Shown in pieces: positions 15,657 through 25,786 of a DNA stretch of 64,000 nt. How positions within the stretch are numbered: position 1 is the first letter of the stretch; every line of letters starts with the position of its first letter. A program made the translations under genes and the position numbers. The DNA is taken from positions 11,347 to 75,346 of the IMG/VR virus record IMGVR_UViG_3300037317_000025. One strand, given 5' to 3'. Origin of the DNA: a virus. Below the pieces are notes generated by a model. That model searched no databases. It saw nothing but the letters and a program-made list of their open reading frames with translations, and was not told the DNA's origin.

Positions 15657-16966
15657 GCGATCTCCATTTCTCGCTGTATCACTGCGGTTCGCTCCTGCTG
15701 CAAGTGTTCGTAATCGCCCAACTCGATGCCGATGCTATCACGGCCCAGGCGCTCGGCCACGCGCAAGGTTGTGCCACTTCCGGCGAATGGGTCGAGCACC
15801 ACACTGCGACCCGCGCCCTCGTTCTCGCAGCGGCAGGTGGGCTGCCAGCCGGTTGTCTGCTTGCCGCCGAACAGGAACTCGCGGTAGTAGCCACCGAGCA
15901 CCTGCTTCGCCTCGACAGCAAGGGCGATCATCTCCTCCGCGTTCGCCCCACTGCCGGTCATCGTCTCGATAGCTTTCCCTGCGTCTGCCAGCCCGACCGC
16001 CCGAATAGCCTGCAAGTGGGCATCGGTCAACCCCCGCTCCTGCCAAAGCGCCTGCGCTCGTCGAGCCTGCGGGCGTTCCAGGTTCAGTGTCGCATCTCCC
16101 ATCACCCGCTTCCACGGTGCGCCGCAGTGCTCGCACGCCTGCGGGCTGCTCCCAGCCAGGATGCACCGGCGCGGCAGTTCCTCCGGGAACACGGCGAAGT
16201 GAGCGCCGGAGTAGGGCCGGGTCGGAATACGCCACACATCGCGGGCGTTGCGGGTGGGCTGTGGCTCCCACGGCTCATCGTTGCCTCGCCCGCCAGCGAC
16301 CAGGCGTGCAGGACGCTTGAACCCGTTGCCGCTGCCGTGGTCGCTCACCGATGGCTCTGCAATCGCCTGCTGGTCGTAGTAATAGCGCTGCTGCTTCGCC
16401 AGTAAGAAGATGTGCTCGTGCGATACCGTCAGCCGATCCTGCACACTGGCGGGCATCGGGTTGGGCTTGTGCCAGATGACATCGTTGCGCAAATACCAGC
16501 CATCCGCTTGCAGGGCCAGGGCCACGCGGGAGGGAATGAGCAGCAGTTGTTTGCGTTCGGACCCTGATTTGCCCTTGCCTGGTGTGTCAGCACTGATATG
16601 TTGCCATTTCGTCTGTGGTGCTGGCGTTATGTTTCCTCGTGCCCCGCCATAGCTATCCCCCAGGTTCAACCACACCGTCCCGTCGTCGCGCAACAGGACG
16701 CGCACCAGGCGGAACACATGCACCAGATGGGCAACGTAGGCGAGCGGGTCGCTTTCGTCGCCCAGGCAGCACACCATCGCCGGGATAACCACCGGCGGCA
16801 GCCCTGGCATCGGTGTGTATTCAATCTCCGGCCACGCGGTTGCGGTTACGCCCTGGTATGCACGAAGGCCGAAGTAGGGCGGCGAGGTGACGCAGCACTG
16901 CACGCTGCGCGGTGGCAGGGTTGGCAACAGGGCGGTGCAATCGCCGTGATGGGTCGTGATGGTCAT
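15653..16966 (-). CDS. DNA methyltransferase (N4-C/N6-A, beta class)
   Basis: VTSPPYF, WHKPNPMP, AHFAVFPEEL, VLDPFAGSGTT. Confidence 0.92.
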   Translation of the reverse strand: MTITTHHGDCTALLPTLPPRSVQCCVTSPPYFGLRAYQGVTATAWPEIEYTPMPGLPPVVIPAMVCCLGDESDPLAYVAHLVHVFRLVRVLLRDDGTVWLNLGDSYGGARGNITPAPQTKWQHISADTPGKGKSGSERKQLLLIPSRVALALQADGWYLRNDVIWHKPNPMPASVQDRLTVSHEHIFLLAKQQRYYYDQQAIAEPSVSDHGSGNGFKRPARLVAGGRGNDEPWEPQPTRNARDVWRIPTRPYSGAHFAVFPEELPRRCILAGSSPQACEHCGAPWKRVMGDATLNLERPQARRAQALWQERGLTDAHLQAIRAVGLADAGKAIETMTGSGANAEEMIALAVEAKQVLGGYYREFLFGGKQTTGWQPTCRCENEGAGRSVVLDPFAGSGTTLRVAERLGRDSIGIELGDYEHLQQERTAVIQREMEIA

Positions 16967-18324
16967 CAGTATCCCTCCGCAGCACTATACTTTGCCAGGT
17001 TCTCGAACCGGGTGCTCTCCTTGCGGAACCGCAGCAAACACTGCCCGGTTGGGCCGTTGCGGTTCTTGGCGACGATCACGCGGGCAATGCCTTGCTCTTC
17101 GGTCTGCGGGTCGTAGAGTTCGTCGCGGTAGACGAACAGCACAATGTTGGCATCCTGCTCAAGACTTCCCGAATCTCGAAGATCGGCAAGCTGCGGCACC
17201 TTGCTCACGCGCTTCTCGACTTCGCGGTTCAACTGGCTCAGGCACAACACCGGGACGCCCAACGCACCCGCCAGGATTTTCAAATTGCGGCTGATCTTGC
17301 CGATCTCTGCCGCAAGCGTGCCCGTCATCGCATCCTGCACCATCAGGCCGATGTAGTCCACGACAATCAGGTCAAGCGGGCGCTGCGCGTACAGGCGCTT
17401 GCACTTCGTTCGCAGTTCGCTGATGCTGATTGCGCCGGTGTCCTCAATCGCTATTGGCATATCTCGCAGGCGGGCCAGCGTCTCAATCGCCGTGCCGTCA
17501 TGCGCCTTGACCAGATTGCCGACGGCGCTGGTATCAACCTGCAATTCCATCGCCATGAGCCTGACCAGTACCTCGTCGCGGGTCATTTCCAGGGTGACCA
17601 TGCCGACGGTTTGTCCTGCTTTTGCCGCGTTCAAGGCGATGCCCTGGGCCAGTGCCGACTTACCGTGCCCTGGCCTGCCTGCCAGCAGCACCAGGTTACC
17701 AGGACGCATGCCACCGTCCAGAAGTTTGTCCAGGTCGTAGAACCCGGTCGGCACGAAGCGGTCTGGTTCGTCGCTGGTGAGCTGGTCGTAGTAGTCCTCG
17801 ACGACTTTCGGCATCAGCACAAAGTCCTGACCCACCTGCCGCTGCGTGACCTCGAACAGCAGGTGCTCGGCTTTCTCGCTGATGTCCTCGAACGCCTCCC
17901 GCTCGTTGTAGCCCAGCGCCGAGATGCGCCCACCGACCTCGACCATTCGGCGCAACAGGTGCGCCTTCTCGACCGTGCGGGCGTAGTATTCGACATGCAC
18001 CGCAGCTGGTACGTCGGCGATCAGTTCAGAGAGAAACAGGATGCCCCCGACCAGCTCCAGCCGTTCGCGTTCGCGCAACTTGCTGGCGACGGTGCTCAAG
18101 TCGGGCGGCGTGTTGTTCTCATAGCAGGCGAACACGGCTTCGTAGACCCAGGCGTGCTTCTCCAGGTAGAACATGTCTGCGGTGAGCCAGGGCGCAATCA
18201 CGATAATAGCATCACGCTCCAACAGCAGCGAGCCAAGCACGGCGCGCTCGGCGGGAATGTCGGCGGGCAACTGGCGCTCGGTAGGGTCATGCCGGTAGCC
18301 GTTGGTGTAGTCGGTGGTGGTCAT
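16966..18324 (-). CDS. dnaB: replicative DNA helicase
   Basis: AERAVLGSLL, AGRPGHGKS, IVVDYIGL, SQLNREVE, DLRDSGSLEQDA, KNRNGPTG. Confidence 0.96.
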   Translation of the reverse strand: MTTTDYTNGYRHDPTERQLPADIPAERAVLGSLLLERDAIIVIAPWLTADMFYLEKHAWVYEAVFACYENNTPPDLSTVASKLRERERLELVGGILFLSELIADVPAAVHVEYYARTVEKAHLLRRMVEVGGRISALGYNEREAFEDISEKAEHLLFEVTQRQVGQDFVLMPKVVEDYYDQLTSDEPDRFVPTGFYDLDKLLDGGMRPGNLVLLAGRPGHGKSALAQGIALNAAKAGQTVGMVTLEMTRDEVLVRLMAMELQVDTSAVGNLVKAHDGTAIETLARLRDMPIAIEDTGAISISELRTKCKRLYAQRPLDLIVVDYIGLMVQDAMTGTLAAEIGKISRNLKILAGALGVPVLCLSQLNREVEKRVSKVPQLADLRDSGSLEQDANIVLFVYRDELYDPQTEEQGIARVIVAKNRNGPTGQCLLRFRKESTRFENLAKYSAAEGY

Positions 18325-19130
18325 CGCTTACCTCGCTTTCGGCGGCAGTCACCTGCCACCAGCAGCACCTCGCCGTCGTCACCGATGGCCTTGCCGCGAA
18401 TACGGCTGGCAAGTCGTGGCTGATCCAGGTCGTCAAGCCGCATGTTGCTGGTGAAGAACGTCGCCCGGTTGTGCAGGTAGCGCTGGTTCACGATGCGGAA
18501 CAGCGTTTCCTCTGACCAGTCGGTCAGCATCTCTGTGCCGACATCATCCAACACCAGGAAGTCAGCGCCCTTGAGCGCGTTCAGGCGTTGCTCGGATGAG
18601 CCATCCTTGAAGCCGGTGCGAATAAACGCCAGCAGTTCCGGCAGCGAGGCGTAGCTAACCGTCCACTCCTGGTACGCAAGGGCGTTCGCTACGGCTGCGG
18701 CCAGGTGAGATTTACCCGACCCATACGGGCCTGCCAGATAACACCAATCGCCGGGTTGCTGCACATACTCACTCAGCAGGTGGTGAACATGTCGCAGAGC
18801 GGCGCGTTGCTGTTCCGGTGTGAACTGGCCGTCGTCCCATTCCACATTGCCCGACAACGAGCGCTCCGTGTCGAAGTTCTCCAGGGTGCAACTTGCGAGC
18901 GCCCCGGCTTCCTCGCGGAAGTGGTCGAGCAACTGCGCTGTACGCTTGCGGCGTTGTTCATTGCGCCTGCACTCGCATGGCATGCTGACATCGTTGCGCA
19001 CAAGCCAGCCAGCACCACCACACACATCGCAGGCAGGCTGCTCAGACCTGAAGGTAGGATGGATAACTCTTGGACTCGTCGCCTTCTTCGACGGCTGCGT
19101 CCGGGTGTCGTGATCGGTTTCTGCGGCCAT
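18321..19130 (-). CDS. DnaC/IstB-like ATPase (helicase loader)
   Basis: CxxC..CxC, GPYGSGKSHL, LVLDDVG, FTSN. Confidence 0.88.
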   Translation of the reverse strand: MAAETDHDTRTQPSKKATSPRVIHPTFRSEQPACDVCGGAGWLVRNDVSMPCECRRNEQRRKRTAQLLDHFREEAGALASCTLENFDTERSLSGNVEWDDGQFTPEQQRAALRHVHHLLSEYVQQPGDWCYLAGPYGSGKSHLAAAVANALAYQEWTVSYASLPELLAFIRTGFKDGSSEQRLNALKGADFLVLDDVGTEMLTDWSEETLFRIVNQRYLHNRATFFTSNMRLDDLDQPRLASRIRGKAIGDDGEVLLVAGDCRRKRGKR

Positions 19131-20079
19131 TGCGTGGCTCCTTTCGTGATGACTTCGTGTTGCTCTTCGGCTTCGGCGGTTCCAACTTCTCTGGCTGACG
19201 GTAACAATCCAGCATCCATTCCACGTTCGTCGGGTTCCTGCCCTGGGTCATGTAGCGCTGAAGCGTTGACCGCCAACGGTGCAGGTTCTCTTCGGTATCA
19301 CCGATGGCAACGACAATCGCCTGCCGTTGCACCTGGTTCGGTGAGCGTCCAGTTATCTCCCTGCACGCCCGCACCGCCGGGTGCGCGGACGAGCGCGGGT
19401 GCCCTGGCTGTGCATTGTGATTTTTGTCACGAGCGGCGGCGGGCATAGATTCTTTTTCGTCCGCCTCGCCTGATAGGGTTGGTGTGAGCGGTTCGGTCTG
19501 CGGTTGTGATTCCGGGGCAGGCAGTGTGTCGGGTTGTGGGTCGTCAGCAACAAACGTCGGTGGTGTGTCCGGCGCGGCGGGCGCGCAAGCGTCCCTCTCC
19601 GTAGGAGAGTCATGGTAGTCTCTGTGTAATCTCTGTTCTTCTATGATCTGCTCATTTTGCCCAGATCGTGATCTGCTCATTTTGCCCAGATCGATCTGCT
19701 CATTTTGCCCAGATCGTGATCTGCTCATTTTGCCCAGATCGGCTATGATGCGGTTTAATGCCTCATAATCAATGCTGTACCACTTGGTATGTTTCCAGTT
19801 CGATGCCTCTGGCTTGCAGGTTCGGACAACGCCAGATACCTCCAGTGACTTGATGATTCGTCGCAGGGTGCTTTCATCCCAAAAGTCGAATTGCTTGTGC
19901 CATTCGGCATACGTGTTGTACACCCAGGCATTACCCTGGTCGTCAATGTGTTTGCTGGTCTTCAGCCAGTAATGCAATTGTTGCAAGAACATTGCTGGCC
20001 TATCACCAATAGCCCTGGCAAGGGTTGGTAAAACCAGCAATGGTGACTCATCAATAAGCCCAGTAGATAAGCGGGTCAC
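19042..20079 (-). CDS. phage replication initiator protein
   Basis: FLQQLHYWL...WVYNTYAEW...TKWYSIDY wHTH motif; internal iterons; upstream of loader and helicase. Confidence 0.82.
   Translation of the reverse strand: MTRLSTGLIDESPLLVLPTLARAIGDRPAMFLQQLHYWLKTSKHIDDQGNAWVYNTYAEWHKQFDFWDESTLRRIIKSLEVSGVVRTCKPEASNWKHTKWYSIDYEALNRIIADLGKMSRSRSGQNEQIDLGKMSRSRSGQNEQIIEEQRLHRDYHDSPTERDACAPAAPDTPPTFVADDPQPDTLPAPESQPQTEPLTPTLSGEADEKESMPAAARDKNHNAQPGHPRSSAHPAVRACREITGRSPNQVQRQAIVVAIGDTEENLHRWRSTLQRYMTQGRNPTNVEWMLDCYRQPEKLEPPKPKSNTKSSRKEPRNGRRNRSRHPDAAVEEGDESKSYPSYLQV
19645..19740. repeat. replication-origin iterons, 4 x 23 bp
   Basis: GATCTGCTCATTTTGCCCAGATC exact at 19645, 19670, 19693 and 19718, inside the initiator gene. 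Confidence 0.9.
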
Positions 20080-20091
20080 GGCTGCACCTCC

Positions 20092-20472
20092 TCACTCAAC
20101 ATCTCGATACTCCTCTAATTCTTGCCGGAGATCATCCGGCAACTGATACATATCACTCAACCACACCTCATTGGCAACGCGATACACCAGCGACCGCAGG
20201 CGTGCGTTCTCCTGCCACACGTCCGGGCCGTCGTCCGTCGTGCGCGGGCCAGTGCCGATGTGGTCATCCAACGCCTGCCGCAGCGCGCCCATCGCGTGCG
20301 GTACGTCGCCCTGAATATCGACAGCGCAGCGATAGCGATCCGCCGCGTGTACCACCGCCTGCATTGCCCGCACCTCGTAGATGAGTGTTAGCAGCATCGC
20401 CGCCGTCTCGCGGTTGAGCAGGGCGTTCGCTCGCCGCTCGTAGCCGTTGAGTTGTGTGTTGGGGATTGGCAT
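20092..20472 (-). CDS. hypothetical protein
   Basis: ORF with SD GGAGG. Confidence 0.6.
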   Translation of the reverse strand: MPIPNTQLNGYERRANALLNRETAAMLLTLIYEVRAMQAVVHAADRYRCAVDIQGDVPHAMGALRQALDDHIGTGPRTTDDGPDVWQENARLRSLVYRVANEVWLSDMYQLPDDLRQELEEYRDVE

Positions 20473-20493
20473 TATGCACCCTCCAAAAATACC

Positions 20494-20526
20494 CAGGTAC
20501 GTGTAACTCCCAATTACACGTACCTG
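20494..20526. terminator. perfect 13-bp intergenic hairpin (terminator or processing site)
   Basis: CAGGTACGTGTAA / TTACACGTACCTG. Confidence 0.55.
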
Positions 20527-20535
20527 TCTTTATGA

Positions 20536-21543
20536 CTAAAACGGCGGGTTCAGGTCGTCGCCGTCCGCGCCCACCGCCACCGGCTCGTTCCTGGCCTGCT
20601 TGCGCTCGCGGATTTTCTGGAAGTCCACGCCCTGCCCGCCAACCATCTCGCGCAGCTTCTCGGTGGGCACGTTGTCGAATGCATCGCGCTTCACCCGCTT
20701 GCGCTCGCAGAGCACGGTGATCAAGTCCTCGCGCTCATGATCCATCTCTGGCGGTTCCATCGGCGCGTCATCATCCTCTTCCGGCCCGTCGTAGCTGGCC
20801 CCGTCCAGTATCTCGCCTGTGTCCTCGTCCACCACGGGCTGCGCGGCGTGGGCGGCATTGCTGCGCTGGCGCTCGGTGAATACCCACCGCGTTGCCTGGC
20901 CGGGTTGCAGGCGGACGTTGAGGATGCCCTTCTCTGCCTTGCGCTTCTTGCCCTGGTTGTCGGTGGTTGTCACTTCTTCCAGGGTGCGATACAACTCAAG
21001 CGGCATATAGCTCAGGTCGCTGCGCACCAGATACAGGGCGTTCAACTGCTCGTCGAGCCGCAGCGCGTCGTACAGGCTGGTGCTATGCACGACCACCAGT
21101 CCGAACACTTCCAGGTCGGTCACGAACACGCCCAGGCGAGTGGTGTTCTTACACTGGCACCCACCGTTACCGCCCCTGTCACACGGTTTCGGTTCATAGC
21201 TGTAGGCGGGTGGGGCGCTCTTCTCGATCAGGTGCTTGACTTGCTGCTCGCCGTCGCACCGGCGCAACAGTAACCCGCCCTGTGCAGTCGAGCGCCATTC
21301 CTCCAGATAGGGGTCGAAGTTCTGCCGCACCTCCGGGTAGGGCAGCGACACGCGAATGTAGTTTGGCTTGTCGCCGTAGAGTTCGTAGAACCGCTCAACC
21401 AGCGCGGGATCGTCGCTGTCGAAGCGGAAGTGGTCATCCAGGTCTTTGCCGAACTTGCCGTTCAGTTTCTCGCTGCCCTTGCGCAGATGCCCGATAGTCG
21501 GGATGCGCACGCGGTTGCGGTCGGTAATTCCTTTAATCGGCAT
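20536..21543 (-). CDS. Gp3-like / recombination directionality factor-like protein
   Basis: MPIKGITDR...IGHLRKG, RCDGE, C...CQCK..TRL, HSTS motifs; acidic C-terminal tail. Confidence 0.6.
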   Translation of the reverse strand: MPIKGITDRNRVRIPTIGHLRKGSEKLNGKFGKDLDDHFRFDSDDPALVERFYELYGDKPNYIRVSLPYPEVRQNFDPYLEEWRSTAQGGLLLRRCDGEQQVKHLIEKSAPPAYSYEPKPCDRGGNGGCQCKNTTRLGVFVTDLEVFGLVVVHSTSLYDALRLDEQLNALYLVRSDLSYMPLELYRTLEEVTTTDNQGKKRKAEKGILNVRLQPGQATRWVFTERQRSNAAHAAQPVVDEDTGEILDGASYDGPEEDDDAPMEPPEMDHEREDLITVLCERKRVKRDAFDNVPTEKLREMVGGQGVDFQKIRERKQARNEPVAVGADGDDLNPPF

Positions 21544-21639
21544 ATCATTCCTCTTTCGTGGTATACTGGCTGTAGTCGTCAGCCAGCCAGATAGTCATCG
21601 GTCGCCCTGCCTCGCCTCGCGCAGCAGGGCGCTTTTTCT

Positions 21640-22026
21640 TTAGTCCTGCTTCATTAGCCGAATACTCACGCTCGGCTCGCCTTCGCTCCTGAACTCTTTC
21701 AGCGCGTCCAGGTCGTGCGCCTTGAACCACCGTTCCAATCCGTTCGTGTCCCAGGATGTGCGCGGCTTGCTCCAGACCGCGTGCCAGCGCTCGCCCTTCA
21801 CGCTCTCGCCCAGCGCCGCCACCGCCTGCTTCACGCGGGCCTCGGCGGTCTTGAGCGTCTCCTGGATTTCTTCCATATCTTCCAGGTGTTGCGCTTCTAA
21901 TACTGCCAGTCGCGTGCGCTGCTCTGGCGTGAGGATCGCATCGCGGGCCGTCTGGTAATCCGCCTCCGCCAGTTCAGCGCGGAAGCGGATGTCCTCGTAG
22001 TGCCGCATCAGTTCTTGGATGTTCAC
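21640..22026 (-). CDS. hypothetical phage protein (coiled coil)
   Basis: GTG start coupled to the upstream gene; RTSWD...GEPSVSIR. Confidence 0.6.
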   Translation of the reverse strand: MNIQELMRHYEDIRFRAELAEADYQTARDAILTPEQRTRLAVLEAQHLEDMEEIQETLKTAEARVKQAVAALGESVKGERWHAVWSKPRTSWDTNGLERWFKAHDLDALKEFRSEGEPSVSIRLMKQD

Positions 22027-22220
22027 GCCGTCACCACCCCTCTCTGCGCGTCCCACTGAGCCGCGAACGCTTGCAGGTTCTCATACTCGTTGATCGCCCG
22101 CTGTATCGCCTGACTCGCGGGTACACCGTTGTTGTGCATCTCGGCAGCCAGGGCCAGCACTTCCTTCTCGCGCTCGGACAGCCCGGCGTAACCGAGCGAT
22201 TGGTCGTTGTAGTATCCCAT
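22023..22220 (-). CDS. small hypothetical protein
   Basis: coupled ORF with SD GGAGG. Confidence 0.55.
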   Translation of the reverse strand: MGYYNDQSLGYAGLSEREKEVLALAAEMHNNGVPASQAIQRAINEYENLQAFAAQWDAQRGVVTA

Positions 22221-22639
22221 TACGCCAGTACCTCCATAGCCTCAATCGGCTCATACAGTCGCGCCTGCTCCAGCGCAATCTCGTCAACAACCGTCCGCAG
22301 CGTCGCCGCGCCGTCCCACCACGAGCGGGCCACGCCGACCGGCATACCGTCGTGCCACATCAGCCATTCCTGGCCGTCGCGGGTGATCGCTGTGCCTTCC
22401 GGCAGCGTGGCGCTCATCAACTGGCCGTAGACCTGGCCGATGTGGGTAAGGGTGGTGTAGATATGGCGTTCGCGCAACGCCCACAGGTGGTTGTGGGCGG
22501 TCTGGATCAGCGCGTCGTCATCCAGCGCGGCGAGCAACTGGCCGAGGGTGCCGTTGCGGTATGCGGTCTTGATCTCGGTGTACGCCAGGGGCTTCGTGCT
22601 GCCCTCGGTGTACAAATGCGGTAAAATAGTAGTGGTCAT
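22220..22639 (-). CDS. hypothetical protein, first gene of the leftward replication operon
   Basis: SD GGAGG; downstream of consensus promoter. Confidence 0.65.
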   Translation of the reverse strand: MTTTILPHLYTEGSTKPLAYTEIKTAYRNGTLGQLLAALDDDALIQTAHNHLWALRERHIYTTLTHIGQVYGQLMSATLPEGTAITRDGQEWLMWHDGMPVGVARSWWDGAATLRTVVDEIALEQARLYEPIEAMEVLA

Positions 22640-22718
22640 CAGTTACCTCCGATAACTGTTGGCTAATGCCCGTGGGTGCTGATGACACCTGCGGGCTTTG
22701 GTTTGTTCAGATAGATGC

Positions 22719-22795
22719 ATTATAGCATGGCGGTTGCTTGTTGTCAAGTATAGGTTTACAGAGGTATTGACACGCTGTCGAATTGAATGTATACT
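22719..22795. promoter_or_regulatory. back-to-back promoters: leftward TTGACA-17-TATAAT (22719-22747), rightward TTGACA-17-TATACT (22767-22795)
   Basis: consensus hexamers with 17-bp spacing at the strand switch. Confidence 0.88.
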
Positions 22796-22834
22796 AGGAT
22801 AAAGGGCAGGGTAATATCTGGAAGGAATAAACAA

Positions 22835-23071
22835 ATGAAACCATTTGTCAATAAGATACGACAGGCGCGATTGAATCATCAGGCTCGCCTGGGACGCATA
22901 GTCACCATTACAGAAGTTGCTCAGGATATTGGTGTCAGTCGGCAGGCGTTGGCTCAATTCGAGAATGGTCGCACGACTCCATCGCTGGACACAGCGTTCA
23001 AGTTGTGCGACTACTATGGTATCCCATTGAGCGAACTGATTGAATACGAACCCGAACCCGTAGCCGCCTAG
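22835..23071 (+). CDS. XRE family HTH regulator
   Basis: ITEVAQDIGVSRQALAQFENGRTTPSLDTAFKLCDYY. Confidence 0.9.
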   Translation: MKPFVNKIRQARLNHQARLGRIVTITEVAQDIGVSRQALAQFENGRTTPSLDTAFKLCDYYGIPLSELIEYEPEPVAA

Positions 23072-23247
23072 CTTTTTTCGATCCATACTCTTGCCCTGTC
23101 TCACTGCGCCCGGATAGACACGAATATCTTGGCATTATACCACCTGAAACCCGCCAGGTTCTACGCGCCAGATAGCAGGCCATGGGCGTTGTATGCCTTC
23201 TGCAAGGCGTAGAACCTGGCGGAAAATTGATAGAAAGGCGAATATAC

Positions 23248-23661
23248 ATGCAGACAACCGATGAACTGATGGCCGACGCGCTGGCTCAGTTGCAAGAGCA
23301 CACCGGCACGCTCACGCAGGCCCAGGCAGCGCTTGAGCGGCGGGTGGCTGGACACGAGCGGCGGCTGGCGGCGCTGGAGCAGGTGCTCGCCTCGCTGCGG
23401 GCGCGGGTGGCCGAACTGGAATCGCGGACGGGCTGGATCGCCTGCACTGAACGGATGCCGCCTGCGGGCGAGCGGGTGCTGGTGTGGGACTGGGTGGCGC
23501 GGGATGCGTGGCTGGGTTGGGTCGCTGATGGTGGCTGGTTGGTGATAGGGGATAGCGACGACGGACGGCCTATGGACGGCGATTCGTTTGTGTCGCACTG
23601 GATGCCGCTGCCGGGGGAGCCGCAAGCAGGAGTCGAGGATGCAGCGAACACTGCGCAGTAA
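23248..23661 (+). CDS. DUF551 domain protein
   Basis: WIACTERMP...VLVW...VSHWMPLP. Confidence 0.75.
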   Translation: MQTTDELMADALAQLQEHTGTLTQAQAALERRVAGHERRLAALEQVLASLRARVAELESRTGWIACTERMPPAGERVLVWDWVARDAWLGWVADGGWLVIGDSDDGRPMDGDSFVSHWMPLPGEPQAGVEDAANTAQ

Positions 23662-25786
23662 GCGATTGCGGGCGGTGCTCTGGTATGCCGCCGATGGGAA
23701 ATGCCAGGTATGCGGGTGTGACCTGGGTGATGATTGGCACGCGGATCATATCGTGCCGTGGTCGGTATCAAAACGAACGAATGTCCACGAGATGCAGGCG
23801 CTCTGCCGCTCGTGCAATTTGAAGAAGGGAAAAAACATGCAATGTTCAATGGTTGACGTGATTGACTTGTCGGAGGCAAGGCCGGGGCAGCGAGAGGCGT
23901 TTAGCGTGTTGTGCGAGCGTGTGCGGCAGGGCGAAGCAACTACTGCTATTGTGTTGCCCACTCGATATGGTAAAAGTGATGTGATGCGCCTCGCGTCAAT
24001 CCAGTTGCTATCAGAGGGAATCATCAGTAAGGCATTCATCCTCTCGCCACAAGAGACATTGCGCAAACAGGTAGTGACCAGGAGAAAGATCGATGAAATG
24101 AATCGCCGCTATAAAGTGATGTTCAAGCCGGGAATGCGAACACTCGCAACCTGGCCTGGCGACAAAAGCCTCCACAGGAAAATAACCCCCAATGATGAAT
24201 CTATTGTCTCGACCACTATTCAACTTATGAATTCCTGGAGAGATGCGCAGCAGGGTATTGTTGACTACTTTGAGAGCCTGAAGAATAGAACGGGCAAGAA
24301 TGCACTGGTGTGCATTGATGAGGCACACACCGTATCGTCTGGCAATGAATGGGGCAAGACAATCGCAGTCATCAAGGATTATGTGCATGTCGCCCTCTTT
24401 ACGGCCACCCCTGTGCGTGAAACGGGTACACTCTATGGGTTTCGCTACGAGACCGCCAAAGAAGAGGAGATTACTCAGTGTGTAACCCGCCCCGGAAAAA
24501 CAGAAGACACTGTTATCGTTGACCTGTATTCTGGCACCCGATCAGAAATACGCCTCATTCCAGACCACGAAACCACGTTCGCTGATGCATGGGCGGAAAC
24601 CCCTTCCCCGCTTTGCGAGGTGTCGAGATTGCCAGTAGATGTAGACATGGAAAAGATAGAGGCTGCTAATGTGGAATCTGGAGTTAAGTTGTCTGAGCTT
24701 TCAGAGACAGAAGCACGCCGAGTCTTGCGAGTGACTAGCCGTGACACGATGGTTATTCACGAGGTGTGCCGCCAGATGATCGCCGCATTGCAATTGTTCC
24801 GTCAGCGTGATGAGCGGTGTGCGGCCATGGTCTTTTGTGGGAACGACACAGGGGACGACGATAGCCAGACAAATGAGCACGCAAAGCGTATCCAGAAGGT
24901 TATCGCTGCAATGGATTCGTCATTGAACGTCTTGATTGCAACCTCGAAATCCGGCAGCGATAACCTGGATGATTTTGCGAACGAAGAAAAGAATAAGGGC
25001 GATGTGATTATCGTCAAGCAGATGGGTGGTGCTGGCCTTGATGTGGGTCGCGTGAAGGTTGTTGCCGACCTGTCTTCTGTTCGTACCTATGGCGCATGTA
25101 TCCAGCGATGGCTACGGGGAGCAACTATCTTTTCTCCTATCCGGCATATGGTACTGGTCACACTTGATGACATCCTCTCTCGCGCCAATTTTGAAAAGGT
25201 CGTTGGTGATGTAGGAGGGCAAACGGTTACGAGTTTGCAGGAGCTTTTGAGCAGCTATGAGAAGGAGCGGGTAGGGAGCGAGAAACCCACCTATGTGCCG
25301 ATAAGTGCCAGGCATAGCGACTTTGAGGACAATGCACGAAATCAGACCGAAGCAAGCCGGCTGGATTCTGTGCAAGCGTTGTGTAAGGTGTTCGCTCCGC
25401 ACGAGACGCGCTCTTATAGTCAGATTTCAAACCTGATGGATAGTCTTGGCATGCAGATCGTGGTCAAGGAGCCGCTCGCCGGTGCTCATCAGAATACCGA
25501 TGAGACGGTGCGGCAATACCAGGAGAGTATCATCAATATTCTCGATGGGATTAAACCGAGCTTGCAACGCGAGGTCATCACGAATCCCCACAAGTTCCCA
25601 GATGTTGATGCTGGTACAGTGACTAGCCGCCTCTATGTTTATGTGTTCAGGATGGCAGGCATTACCGGCAAGGCATCGGTGCGCAAGGTTGAGAATATTG
25701 AAGACTTGCGCCGCCTGAAGCGGGCCGCGTTGATGGTGGAGCAAGATCATCGCAAGGGAGAGGTGACAGCATGCACGGTTTTGTAG
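23639..25786 (+). CDS. HNH endonuclease fused to SF2 helicase (ResIII/DEAD-like)
   Basis: CQVC...ADHIVPW...QALCRSCNLKKG; RPGQRE, PTRYGKS, IDEAH, FTATP. Confidence 0.8.
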   Translation: MQRTLRSKRLRAVLWYAADGKCQVCGCDLGDDWHADHIVPWSVSKRTNVHEMQALCRSCNLKKGKNMQCSMVDVIDLSEARPGQREAFSVLCERVRQGEATTAIVLPTRYGKSDVMRLASIQLLSEGIISKAFILSPQETLRKQVVTRRKIDEMNRRYKVMFKPGMRTLATWPGDKSLHRKITPNDESIVSTTIQLMNSWRDAQQGIVDYFESLKNRTGKNALVCIDEAHTVSSGNEWGKTIAVIKDYVHVALFTATPVRETGTLYGFRYETAKEEEITQCVTRPGKTEDTVIVDLYSGTRSEIRLIPDHETTFADAWAETPSPLCEVSRLPVDVDMEKIEAANVESGVKLSELSETEARRVLRVTSRDTMVIHEVCRQMIAALQLFRQRDERCAAMVFCGNDTGDDDSQTNEHAKRIQKVIAAMDSSLNVLIATSKSGSDNLDDFANEEKNKGDVIIVKQMGGAGLDVGRVKVVADLSSVRTYGACIQRWLRGATIFSPIRHMVLVTLDDILSRANFEKVVGDVGGQTVTSLQELLSSYEKERVGSEKPTYVPISARHSDFEDNARNQTEASRLDSVQALCKVFAPHETRSYSQISNLMDSLGMQIVVKEPLAGAHQNTDETVRQYQESIINILDGIKPSLQREVITNPHKFPDVDAGTVTSRLYVYVFRMAGITGKASVRKVENIEDLRRLKRAALMVEQDHRKGEVTACTVL

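Noticed and set aside
19645-19740. Second CRISPR array
   Set aside because: Repeats are separated by only 0-2 nt and lie inside the initiator CDS; they are iterons.
20536-21543. Evidence for a serine-integrase system from the RDF-like gene
   Set aside because: No integrase is in the window and the gene sits in the replication/recombination operon; the family label alone is insufficient.
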